Part shown: piece by piece, positions 25,545 to 33,934 of the stretch
Layout: every line of letters starts with the position of its first letter
Position numbering within the stretch: position 1 is the first letter of the stretch
Origin: Myxococcales bacterium
Lineage (GTDB): Bacteria > Myxococcota_A > UBA9042
NCBI GenBank assembly: GCA_037441385.1
Contig: JBBISH010000070.1
Location: 1 to 33,934 of the forward strand
Length of the DNA: 33,934 bases
Direction of reading: 5' to 3'
The notes under the pieces: generated by a model
Told to the model about the DNA's origin: nothing
The model's database searches: none
What the model saw: only the letters and a program-made list of their open reading frames with translations
Made by a program: the position numbers and the translations under genes

Positions 25545-26609
25545 ATGCGTAATCTTATCAAAGTTGCTGGACTGCTTGCCCTGTGTGCCTTGACGGCGAC
25601 CTGCACGGCTGCGGGCACCGGCGGCTCGGGCGGTAGCGGCGGCACGACCACCGGCACGGACACGACGTCGTCCGGCGGCGGCGACACGACCAAGAACAAG
25701 GCCACCGTCACCACCACGGGCGACGACAACTCCAAGGGCAGCGTGGACGTGGACAAGTCGGCCAGCAAGTCCGACACCGAAGGCTCTGGCAACAAAGTCG
25801 GCGCCAGCAACGCCGGCAGCCAACTGGTGCTCTGGATCACGTCGGTCAGCGCCGATGGCAACACCAAGGTCATCGAAGTCCATATCAATACAGAGAAATA
25901 CCCGCTGCCCGCCACCGGCATCCCCGCCGGTGAGGCCAACAGCGACGCGTGGGTGGTCTACAACGCCGCTGGCCCCGCCGCCACGGGCGTCTACACGTCC
26001 AAGGGCACCGGCACCATCGACATCACCTCGTGCCCGGCCAAGAGCGGGCAGGCCGTGACCGGCAAGTTCAACGGCGTGCTGGCCGACGGCGGCGCGGCGG
26101 TGGCGATCGGCCCCAAGAGCATGACGTTGGACGGCGCCTTCAACCTGGTCTACTTCGGCACCGATGGCAGCGTGCAGTGCAAGCCCACCACCACGGGCGG
26201 CACGGACGCTGGCGGCTCGGTCGACGTGGGCTCGCTCAAGCCGCCAGCCGGCTCGACGTGCGACGCCAACCCCTGCGACGGCGGCAGCAACACCACCCGC
26301 AACTGCTGCCCGTACTTGCCGTGCGTGCAGCCGTGCCTGTTCAAGTGCGCCAATGACATGAACGCCTGCGCCCAAGGCTGCATGTCGGACCCGATGAACG
26401 CCGGCACCTGCGTCATGAACTGCGCCAAGCAATTGATGACCTGCGATCAGGCCTGCTTGACCACGTGCAAGGTGAGCGCCACATGCAACACGGCGGCCAA
26501 CGCCTACTTTGATTGCGAGAACAAGAACATGGACGCCTGCAGCCAGACCGACAATGAGGATAGCTGCCTGGCCGATAAGTGCTGCGCCGAGATCAAGGCT
26601 GCGTTCTAA
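25545..26609 (+). CDS. Exported cysteine-rich protein (possible lipoprotein)
   Basis: Signal peptide MRNLIKVAGLLALCALTATC, G/T linker, beta-rich middle, and a C-terminal CxxxC-repeat region. GAGGGA RBS and strong GC3 codon bias. Confidence 0.8.
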   Translation: MRNLIKVAGLLALCALTATCTAAGTGGSGGSGGTTTGTDTTSSGGGDTTKNKATVTTTGDDNSKGSVDVDKSASKSDTEGSGNKVGASNAGSQLVLWITSVSADGNTKVIEVHINTEKYPLPATGIPAGEANSDAWVVYNAAGPAATGVYTSKGTGTIDITSCPAKSGQAVTGKFNGVLADGGAAVAIGPKSMTLDGAFNLVYFGTDGSVQCKPTTTGGTDAGGSVDVGSLKPPAGSTCDANPCDGGSNTTRNCCPYLPCVQPCLFKCANDMNACAQGCMSDPMNAGTCVMNCAKQLMTCDQACLTTCKVSATCNTAANAYFDCENKNMDACSQTDNEDSCLADKCCAEIKAAF

Positions 26610-27531
26610 CCGGTGTCGATGCCAGCGCGCGGTGCCACAGCAGAGCGGTGAGCGAAAAGAGCAGCGCCGCCAGCAGACTGTGCGCTGTGGTCACCGCCGC
26701 CGGCAACAGCAAGAGCACATTGACCGCGCCCACCGTCGCCTGGCCCAAGATCAGCGCCGCCAGCGCGCGCGTCGTGCCACGCAGGCCACCGTGTTGCCGG
26801 CAAGACCCTAGCAGCGCCACCGACAGCACGACAAGCAAGTACGCGTTCAAGCGATGGAAAATCTGCAAGCCGACCGGACCGAGCCACGTGGGGAACCAGA
26901 TTCCGCCCACGCAGGTGGGGAACTCCGTGCAGACCAGGCCGGTGATGGTGCTCGCCACGGCACCACCCAACAGGAACTGCACGAAAAGACTGGTGGTCCA
27001 CGCGGCAAGCAGCGGCTTGAAGCCTGCCGGCAGGGCGCTCGGGCGCGACCGGCTGGTGCGCGCCAGTTCCTGGGCGGCGATCAGCGCCAAGGCGGCGAAA
27101 CTATTGCCTAGAACCAAGTGGATCGACACGGTCCACGCCGCAGGTCGCGGATCGCCGTCGCCGGTGTGAACGATGAGGACCGTCAGGCCGCCAAAGACGA
27201 TCTGCACCAGTAGCAAGGCCACGCCGCCGACGAGCCACTTGCCGATGCGCGCTTTGAGCCCGCTGTCGCGCCAAGTCGCCCAGAGCAGGTAGGCAAAAAG
27301 GGCCGACACGACCAGGGCAAAGACGCGATGGCCGTATTCGTAGACCACCCCCTCTAGCTTCAAGTTGGGGACCATCGCGCCGTGGCACAGCGGCCAATCG
27401 GGGCACGACAGGCCGGCCTTTTTGGCCCGGACCAACGCGCCAAAGGCGACCTGCACCCACGAAATGACGGCCAGGGCCAAGAACCAGGGGGCAAGCGCGT
27501 GGGCGCGACGCGGATCTTCAGGGGTGGTCAT
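26593..27531 (-). CDS. ctaA: Heme A synthase (COX15/CtaA family)
   Basis: GLSCPDWPLCHG, EYGHR, VSIHL, GLVCTEFPTC, QIFHR and TTAHS give four conserved His and two Cys pairs. About 8 TM segments. Confidence 0.9.
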   Translation of the reverse strand: MTTPEDPRRAHALAPWFLALAVISWVQVAFGALVRAKKAGLSCPDWPLCHGAMVPNLKLEGVVYEYGHRVFALVVSALFAYLLWATWRDSGLKARIGKWLVGGVALLLVQIVFGGLTVLIVHTGDGDPRPAAWTVSIHLVLGNSFAALALIAAQELARTSRSRPSALPAGFKPLLAAWTTSLFVQFLLGGAVASTITGLVCTEFPTCVGGIWFPTWLGPVGLQIFHRLNAYLLVVLSVALLGSCRQHGGLRGTTRALAALILGQATVGAVNVLLLLPAAVTTAHSLLAALLFSLTALLWHRALASTPVRTQP

Positions 27532-27612
27532 GCTTCACCAAGACGGACAATGGGTTCGACGGGGTCGGCGGCGGCACGTGTGCCCGCAAGCCCGCTGTCC
27601 GACTGGGTCCCG

Positions 27613-28437
27613 CTAGAACCGCAGGGACAACGTGGCGCCCGGGCCGGTCGGGTAGGGTAGCACAGCTACGCGCGCCGGTGACGAGGGCCAGAACAACCAG
27701 AGCCCGCCGCCCAAGGCCGCGGCAGCGCCAATGCCGATGGTGGTCCAGGCCATGGCCTGGTTGGAGTGGACCGTGCTGCGATCGTCCAGCAGCTTGGTGG
27801 TCCCGCCCTTGTAGTCGTATTGTCCTGCAATGTAAGCGGATTCTACGTCAGCCGACTTGCCCTGGGTGTAGCCCAGCCAGCCGCCACCTGCCGCCAGCAG
27901 CGCAACACCGGATCCAAGGAGTACCCACGGATAAGTGTTGGATTCTTTGGGCTCTGCCTGCACGGCAGTGGCCACAGGCGCGGACTTCGCGGCCTCGCTG
28001 GCCTGGGCCGCGGCTTGGCGCTCGGCCTCGGCACGCTTTTGCTCTGCGAGCTTCTGATCGAGGGCCGCCACGCGGTCGGCGACCTCTTTTTTCTCGGGAC
28101 CTTCTGGCGCTTGCTGGAGGTAGCGGGCAAAGAGCAACCGCGCGTAGTCCAGCCGCCCCGCCTCTTCGTAGGCGCGGCCGGCGTTGCGTAGGCGGACCAG
28201 TCGATCGGGGCTCAGGGCAAAGGCCCGCTCGAAAAGCTCTGCCGCTTCAAGGAATTTGCCCTCTTTGAACTTGGCGGCCGCCTCGTCCGAGAGCGCTTTG
28301 CCAGGATCGGCCTTGGCGGCGGCGCTGGCGCTAGCAACGCCGAAATACGGCCCGCCGCACACGGGACCAGCGGCCGCCACGGCGATCGCAAGTATCCACG
28401 CCATGCGGGCAAGGGGTCGGCGGAAAACGGCGATCAC
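27613..28437 (-). CDS. Exported TPR-domain protein with C-terminal membrane segments
   Basis: Signal-like N-terminus, TPR-like FKEGKFLEAAELFERAFAL and NAGRAYEEAGRLDYARLLFARYL, two Gly-rich hydrophobic segments, and terminal ...GATLSLRF. The GTG start overlaps the kinase stop (GTGA); alternative ATG 28404. Confidence 0.8.
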   Translation of the reverse strand: MIAVFRRPLARMAWILAIAVAAAGPVCGGPYFGVASASAAAKADPGKALSDEAAAKFKEGKFLEAAELFERAFALSPDRLVRLRNAGRAYEEAGRLDYARLLFARYLQQAPEGPEKKEVADRVAALDQKLAEQKRAEAERQAAAQASEAAKSAPVATAVQAEPKESNTYPWVLLGSGVALLAAGGGWLGYTQGKSADVESAYIAGQYDYKGGTTKLLDDRSTVHSNQAMAWTTIGIGAAAALGGGLWLFWPSSPARVAVLPYPTGPGATLSLRF

Positions 28438-30083
28438 AGCGGTGTGTCTCCACTGGGTAGGGCGGCTTTGCCGGGGCGCGCCGGATGCGACGCGGCCTTG
28501 GCCGGCCTGGGAGTTGGGGCGGCCGCAGCCGGTGCCGGAACTGGGGCCGAATCCTGAACCGGAACCGCAACTGGGGCCGGCGCCTGAACCTGAGCTGGAG
28601 CGGGGGCCGGTGCCTGAACCGGCGCCGGATCCCGCGCTGGAACCGGATCCCGAACCGGAGCCGCAACGGGCTCCCGAGCCGGCGCAACCGCCGGAATGGC
28701 AGCCGGCGCAACGACTTCCGCGGCGTGCGGATCGGCGGCCGCCGCCGGGGTCGCTTTGGCTTCGCCGCGCCCAAGCAGCCACCAGCCGACCACCGCAACC
28801 AGGATCAGGGCACCCGCCGCAGCCAGCCAAAGCGCGGCCATGGGGAGCCGCGTCGGCCCGCCCGGTGGGGCGACAGTCGCTGCGGGGGGCCGCGTCGGCT
28901 CGACCGGTTGGGTCGGCAGCGTCATGGTCTGCGGCAGGTAGGCGTCGCGGTTGGTCGCCAGTTCGACAAATGCGGTCGCCTGATCGTGCACCAGATTGGG
29001 TACGACCCGCGAACCGGTTGCCGGCGAGACATCGGCCGCGGCCGGTGGTTTGGGCACGGCGGGCACGGTATCGCCAAGCTTGGGCTGCGCCATTCGGCCC
29101 GTAGTCGGGCGCGGCCGAGCATCGGGCAACTCGGCCAAAACTGCTTCGAGTTCCACGCGCATGTCGTCGGCATCGACGAAGCGATCCCAGGGCGCCTTGC
29201 GCAGGGCCCGCATGACCAAGTCGTTCAGAGCGGCGGGCAGCCCCGACACTTTTTCGCGCAGCGGCACGGGCGCCGTGTGCAGGTGCGCCACCAAGGTCTC
29301 CATCGGCGACGCCCCGGCCAGCGGCACTTCGCCCGCCAGGACCTGATACAGGATCACGCCGAGTGCGTAGAGATCGGACCGGCCGTCCAGCGGCTTGTTG
29401 GTCACCTGCTCGGGCGACATGTACTTGGGCGTACCGACTGCGAAACCGGTCTTGGTCAGGCCGTCCTCGGTCGGGGCGTTGGTCGGCTTGGCGATGCCAA
29501 AGTCGATGACTTTGACGAACTCGTCTTCGCCGTGCACCTGACACATGAAGATGTTGTCCGGCTTCAAATCGCGGTGCACCAAGCCGGCGTGGTGCGCTTC
29601 GCTCAGCGACTTGCACACCGCAATCGCGATCCGCAGCGCGCGCGCCGGCTCCAGGCGCCGGTCCGGCGTCTCGCGCAAGACCTGGGCCAGCTCTTTGCCA
29701 TGCAGCCGCTCCATGGCGATGTAGAGCAGACCGCTATCGGTCTGGCCAAAATCGAACACGCGGACCGTGTGCGGGTGCGACAGCAGCGACGATGCCCGAG
29801 CCTCGTTGAAGAACCGCTGAACTTGCGTAGGGTCTTCGCTCAAGTCTGGCTTGAGGATCTTCAGCACCAGCTCTTGCCGGGTCGCCACGTGGCTGGACAG
29901 GAACACCGCGCCAAAGCCGCCGCGGCCCAGCTGGCGCTCGATGCGGTAGCGCCCGCCGACCACGGTCCCCGCGACCAGCTGGTCCAGCGACCCGCCACTG
30001 CGCAACACCGTGGGGCACTGGTGGGTCGGGCAGACGGCGTCTTGCGTTTCTACGCCACATTGCGGGCAAATTCGCAACGGCAT
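28434..30083 (-). CDS. Hanks-type Ser/Thr protein kinase with N-terminal zinc-ribbon, TM helix and Pro/Ala-rich tail
   Basis: CPQC...CPTH, GRGGFGAV, VLKIL, HRDLKPDN, DFG, GTPKYMSPEQ, DLYALG, and TM LWLAAAGALILVAVVGWWLL. Confidence 0.93.
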   Translation of the reverse strand: MPLRICPQCGVETQDAVCPTHQCPTVLRSGGSLDQLVAGTVVGGRYRIERQLGRGGFGAVFLSSHVATRQELVLKILKPDLSEDPTQVQRFFNEARASSLLSHPHTVRVFDFGQTDSGLLYIAMERLHGKELAQVLRETPDRRLEPARALRIAIAVCKSLSEAHHAGLVHRDLKPDNIFMCQVHGEDEFVKVIDFGIAKPTNAPTEDGLTKTGFAVGTPKYMSPEQVTNKPLDGRSDLYALGVILYQVLAGEVPLAGASPMETLVAHLHTAPVPLREKVSGLPAALNDLVMRALRKAPWDRFVDADDMRVELEAVLAELPDARPRPTTGRMAQPKLGDTVPAVPKPPAAADVSPATGSRVVPNLVHDQATAFVELATNRDAYLPQTMTLPTQPVEPTRPPAATVAPPGGPTRLPMAALWLAAAGALILVAVVGWWLLGRGEAKATPAAAADPHAAEVVAPAAIPAVAPAREPVAAPVRDPVPARDPAPVQAPAPAPAQVQAPAPVAVPVQDSAPVPAPAAAAPTPRPAKAASHPARPGKAALPSGDTPL

Positions 30084-30347
30084 GAAGGCTCGCAGTGGTG
30101 CCGCTGCGCAAATGGCCCCAGCCTGGACGGCCGGGCATGACTGGCACCTGTTCCTTTGTGACACGGACTTGCCGCGGCGACAAGGGGGGCTCTGCCGATC
30201 GCGCCGTACCGAGGCTCCGCTGTCGATCGGGCTTGCGGGCGCCGGCCAGGACCGGTAGCGTGACCTTGGGGCCGCTGGTGAGGCCCCGCAGACCCCCATT
30301 TGGACGGCGGCGTGCGACCAGAACGGGCCAAAATAGCCTATGCGCGC

Positions 30348-31277
30348 ATGGCCTTGGTCGCCATGACCTTGAGCATTTCTGTGGGTGTGCTGCTCCCGCT
30401 GCCGGCCCTGGCGGCGGCCTGTGCCTGCCGGCAATCGGCTCTGGGCCAATGCGAGCGCTGGTACCAGACCGAAGTGCCCTGGTCGATGTACTTTGGCGCC
30501 GGAGAACCGGCCATCGCGGACGCCGCCTACGAGACGCTGGCCAAGAATACCTTTGGCGCGTGGCAAAACGTGCAATGCAGCGTTTGTGCTGTGCCCAATT
30601 CCAGCGCAACAGCTTGCGAACCAGCCGCCTGTGCGCCGCATCCGCTGGGGCTGAACTTTGCCTATCAAGGTCGCGCGCCGGCGCCGAAGATCGGCTTTTC
30701 GTGCGGGGGCACCTACTGCGAGGCCGGCGCACCTGGGACCGCGCAAATTGCAGTGATTCGCGATTCCGCGCAGTGGCCCGTGTCCAAGTTGGTCGTGTCG
30801 GCCATGATCACCACCACGACCAAGGCCGGCAAAGTCCTGGATACCGATATCGTTCTTTGGGACAACGGCTTGGCGTTTTGCATCGACGCGTGCAAGTCAG
30901 GTCAGTACGAGCTGTCGGCGGTGATGATGCAAGAAATCAAGCACTTTGTCGGTGTCGGCTACGCCGAGAGTACGCTGTCGACCGCCGTGCCGACGGGCCA
31001 GGTGGGCTCAGCGCAGATTTTGGCCGTGGACGCCCTGGACGCCGAGTGCGCCTGTGGAATCTACGCCACGGCGGCGAGCGCGGCGGCTTGCGCTACGCCC
31101 ACGACGGCCGGAATCGCCGCTGATCCCGACGCGAGTCCCGCTGTGGCCTGCCAAGCCGAACGCAGCGCAGGCGGCGCCTGGGGTTGGGCGCTTGGGGTGT
31201 TCTTGGCGGCGACCGCAATCGGACAGCGCTATGGTCGCAGAGGCTGGAACTCGCCGGCACCGTTCTGGCGGAGGTAG
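30348..31277 (+). CDS. Secreted Cys-rich matrixin-like protein with degenerate zinc motif and MYXO-CTERM-like tail
   Basis: Signal peptide, FGAWQNVQC, VLDTDIVLWD, YELSAVMMQEIKHFVGVGY, CGIY, and C-terminal ACQA...GWALGVFLAATAIGQRYGRR. Start uncertain (30300/30348/30363). Confidence 0.7.
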   Translation: MALVAMTLSISVGVLLPLPALAAACACRQSALGQCERWYQTEVPWSMYFGAGEPAIADAAYETLAKNTFGAWQNVQCSVCAVPNSSATACEPAACAPHPLGLNFAYQGRAPAPKIGFSCGGTYCEAGAPGTAQIAVIRDSAQWPVSKLVVSAMITTTTKAGKVLDTDIVLWDNGLAFCIDACKSGQYELSAVMMQEIKHFVGVGYAESTLSTAVPTGQVGSAQILAVDALDAECACGIYATAASAAACATPTTAGIAADPDASPAVACQAERSAGGAWGWALGVFLAATAIGQRYGRRGWNSPAPFWRR

Positions 31278-32209
31278 CTCTCTGCGATGCCAGGACAGGT
31301 AGAGAAAATACTGCAGGATCTGCATGTTTCTGGGTAGACGTTGAAGTAAGACTCGATGTGATCGATCGAGAATAGCTGATTACCCTGCAGATCTTCTAGA
31401 TAGTGGGTCTCGCCAAAGCCCGAGCGCGCCACGTTTCGCAGGTGCGCGTCGCCGATCACGCAGGGCGGCACACTCTCAAAGGTCAGGTCAATACCGTGGG
31501 TTTCGGCGCGCTGCTGGGCCGCGACGCAATCGGCCGCAACCTCGTGGTACCGCAGCTGGATGCCCGGCCAGTCGCCCCCCTTGCCGGCCGTGGACGGGAA
31601 CACGATCTTGACTACGGCGCGGTCGCCCCAATTTTGCTGGCAGTAGTCGATGAAATCGGATAAATAACCTACCATTATCTTGGTGATCACAATGTTGATC
31701 ATCACCTTGACACCGGCCGCCAACAGATGGCTGATGCCGCGCGGAATCGCCATGTGTTGGTTTTCGGTAATACCCGAAATCACGCAACTACGCTGCGGAT
31801 CGTGGCTGTGGAGCGAGATGATGGCCCGCCGCAGACCCAGTTCGGCCGCGCGGTCGGCCAGCCCAGGCTCGCCAAAGCGAGTGCCGTTGCTGTTGATGTC
31901 CCAGGCCATGTCGACCCAGGCCAAGCGCTCGATCACCGGCCAGAAACCCGGATGCACGGTGGGCTCGCCCCCGGTCACGACCACGCGGCGCAGGCCCTGG
32001 TCGTGGAGCCAGTCGACGCGGCGCAGCAGCTCTGTGGTCTCGATCAGGTGGCCTTCGGGCCGGCCGCTGTTGCTGCACATCGGGCAATGGTGATTGCACA
32101 CCTCGCCCAGGCGAAACAGCGCGATACTGCTGGGAGTAATTGGGGCGAACTCGGGGATGCGGCGGCGCATCAAGCGCAGGCGAGCAGGGTTGAGGTGCGC
32201 AGCGGCCAT
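31229..32209 (-). CDS. Radical SAM protein with C-terminal Cys cluster (HxsC-like architecture)
   Basis: CNHHCPMC (32075-32098), VTGGEPT, INSNG, ISLHS, and C-terminal CRSCSIFSTCPGI...YL...G..EF.P. Confidence 0.9.
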   Translation of the reverse strand: MAAAHLNPARLRLMRRRIPEFAPITPSSIALFRLGEVCNHHCPMCSNSGRPEGHLIETTELLRRVDWLHDQGLRRVVVTGGEPTVHPGFWPVIERLAWVDMAWDINSNGTRFGEPGLADRAAELGLRRAIISLHSHDPQRSCVISGITENQHMAIPRGISHLLAAGVKVMINIVITKIMVGYLSDFIDYCQQNWGDRAVVKIVFPSTAGKGGDWPGIQLRYHEVAADCVAAQQRAETHGIDLTFESVPPCVIGDAHLRNVARSGFGETHYLEDLQGNQLFSIDHIESYFNVYPETCRSCSIFSTCPGIAESYLRQNGAGEFQPLRP

Positions 32210-32344
32210 GCGGCAAGTGTGACGGAAGTTGGGGGCGTGCGCTACGTTGGGCTGGGCAACGTCGCCGGCCGGCAACGGTTGCGCGCGCGGCGTATCCACA
32301 GCAGACTTCGCGCCTGGACGGGCCGATGGCCGGGGGACGATGCG

Positions 32345-33691
32345 ATGCAACGGCGCGAATGGATAGCAGTGTTGGGCTTGCTGGGGTGCGTGGCCTGTGA
32401 CTCGACTGCGGACACGAACGCCAAGGCGACGGTCAGCGCGGCCGATTGCCCCGGCCAAGGCGTGGTGCTGGTCAAGCCGCTAGGGACCGTGGAAGCTGGC
32501 GTAGCAGTTACGGTTTCATTGCGAGCCTGCCAAGCCAAGGGCGCGGCCGTGACGGCGCGCAAGCCGGTGCCAACCCCAGGACCGCTGTCGGGGAGCGTGG
32601 CCAAAGCGACCGACGTGGCCGCCGACGGGACGTTTTCGCTAGACTGGACGCCGGGTTTTGCGCCGATCCGCCAAACGGTGCTGGCCACCGGGCTCATCGA
32701 CGGCGTGGCCAAGCCGACGGAGCTGTTTGGCGCGATGGTTACCCGCAAAGGGCCCGCGTCCCCAGCTTGGTTCGGCAAGGTGGACGCGTACATGACCGCG
32801 CACAACCTGGCGGGCTCGACCGAGGACGTGGCGATTGCGCCTGGCGGCAAGTTCGCCGTCATGGGCGTGGCGGGCCACTTGCTCAAGGTGGATCCTGCGG
32901 GCGACGTGACCGAGTGGGCCGTGCAGGGCAAGACTGCCGCGGACGAGTTGGTGCTGCCGCTGGGCCTTTGGTACGACGCGGCGGGTACCTTGTGGACCGC
33001 GGATTCAAAAGGCAAGGACATCAAGAAGATCAGCCCCGATGGCCAAGTCGAGTCGGTGCTGGCAGAAGTGGACGGCAAACCCTTGCAGCAGCCCAACGAC
33101 CTGTTGGTGGCGGCGGACGGTGCCGTGTGGTTCACTGATCCTTGCCGCGGCTTGGTCGTTCGCTTGGACCCGGCCACCAAACAAGCCAAGATCATGGCGA
33201 GTTTTGACGCGAAGACCCAGGGTGGCCCCAACGGCATCGCCATCCATCCCAGCGACGGCAGCGTCTGGGTCACGACCGAGAACACGGCGTTGACCTGCGC
33301 GGCCGGCGGAATTCCGATCACCGCCAAGCTGGGCAGCCTGTGGCGCGCACCCGCCAACCCTTCGGGAACGCTGACCTTTTCGGCGGTAATGGAGGGCCAG
33401 GGCCACTTTGGCGACGGCTGCACCTTTGACGGCGCTGGCAATCTTTACGCGACGTTCGACGTGTTCAACACCGCGGGCGGCATCAAGCTAGAGGCCAGTC
33501 AGGTTTGGGTCGTGCCGAATGGCGAGACCAAAGCGGGGCTGGCAGTCCAGACCAACGAGGCGCTGTTCGCCAACGTCGTCTTTGGCAAAGACGGGTTTGG
33601 CGACGGGCAGATGCTGCTGGCGCTGCTGACCGTGCCGCCCTTCACCAAGGCCGAGGCGCGGGGCTTGATGATCGTCAAAGACGGCATGTAG
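32345..33691 (+). CDS. SMP-30/gluconolactonase-family beta-propeller lipoprotein with N-terminal Ig-like segment
   Basis: MQRREWIAVLGLLGCVAC lipoprotein signal, LPLGL..D..G.LW.AD, QPNDL...DGAVWFTDP, GPNGIA, GDGCTFDGAGNLY and ANVVFG. Confidence 0.85.
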   Translation: MQRREWIAVLGLLGCVACDSTADTNAKATVSAADCPGQGVVLVKPLGTVEAGVAVTVSLRACQAKGAAVTARKPVPTPGPLSGSVAKATDVAADGTFSLDWTPGFAPIRQTVLATGLIDGVAKPTELFGAMVTRKGPASPAWFGKVDAYMTAHNLAGSTEDVAIAPGGKFAVMGVAGHLLKVDPAGDVTEWAVQGKTAADELVLPLGLWYDAAGTLWTADSKGKDIKKISPDGQVESVLAEVDGKPLQQPNDLLVAADGAVWFTDPCRGLVVRLDPATKQAKIMASFDAKTQGGPNGIAIHPSDGSVWVTTENTALTCAAGGIPITAKLGSLWRAPANPSGTLTFSAVMEGQGHFGDGCTFDGAGNLYATFDVFNTAGGIKLEASQVWVVPNGETKAGLAVQTNEALFANVVFGKDGFGDGQMLLALLTVPPFTKAEARGLMIVKDGM

Positions 33692-33753
33692 CGGCGACCC
33701 GCACGGATCCCAGGATCCACCACCGAAATTCGCCCCGGCCGCCGATCCCCGCT

Positions 33754-33932
33754 GAAAAGCAGTCCACTGGACTGCTTTTCTGGCCTGCGGCCACCACGGG
33801 GACCCCTGGATGCAAATCAAGGCGCAAGGAGCGGAGCGACTGAGGCGACCTAGCGGTCGCCGCAGGGAGAAGGGCCCCAGCGGTCGCCCGAAGGGTGAAC
33901 GGGTCGCCCCAGTGGGGCAACCCGTAGCTGGG
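33754..33932. repeat. Cluster of REP-like palindromes / structured intergenic element, probably truncated by the window end
   Basis: Perfect 13-bp inverted repeat gaaaagcagtcca-c-tggactgcttttc (33754-33780), hairpin ggcgacc-tagc-ggtcgcc (33844-33861), near-palindrome cgggtcgcccca-g-tggggcaacccg (33900-33924), and closing stem cccagc/gctggg. Confidence 0.65.
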
Positions 33933-33934
33933 AC

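Noticed and set aside
28438..29616. 667-aa ORF suggesting a kinase-TPR fusion or programmed frameshift
   Set aside because: The upstream part is an alternative frame of the kinase. The TPR gene has its own coupled start and signal-like N-terminus, and I saw no slippery site.
33870..33934. tRNA-like cloverleaf
   Set aside because: No TTCRA T-loop, anticodon arm geometry or CCA end.

Overview
GC-rich bacterial chromosomal window, probably from a Myxococcota-like organism. That assignment is inferred from the Cys-rich lipoproteins, a Ser/Thr kinase-TPR pair, a MYXO-CTERM-like tail and a DUF6918-like gene. I call 25 protein-coding genes: acyl-CoA dehydrogenase, CoA-disulfide reductase-rhodanese, a plant-type quinolinate synthase (nadA), a Cys-rich lipoprotein with somatomedin-B-like modules, an aguB-aguA-ABC exporter-LD-carboxypeptidase operon, a PaaI thioesterase, a PH/SHOCT protein, DUF465, a lipid kinase, a DUF6918-like protein, an orphan HicB, a flippase-like membrane protein, a tandem pair of helicases (DUF1998/MrfA-type SF2 plus UvrD-type SF1), an Rsm22-family methyltransferase, two further exported proteins, heme A synthase, a TPR protein, a Ser/Thr kinase, a catalytically degenerate matrixin-like protein, a radical SAM enzyme and an SMP-30/gluconolactonase lipoprotein. 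Non-coding structure includes a ~120-bp hairpin-bearing repeat in three intergenic copies, a ~200-bp CTAG-bounded MITE-like element at the hicB stop codon, and REP-like palindromes at both window ends. I saw no rRNA, tRNA, CRISPR array or transposase. The best candidates for something undescribed are the two-helicase module (the SF2 helicase has a C-terminal DnaA-domain-I/tau-like extension), the dispersed structured repeat, and the eukaryote-like modules beside the plant-type nadA. All family calls come from motif recognition by eye; no database search was run.
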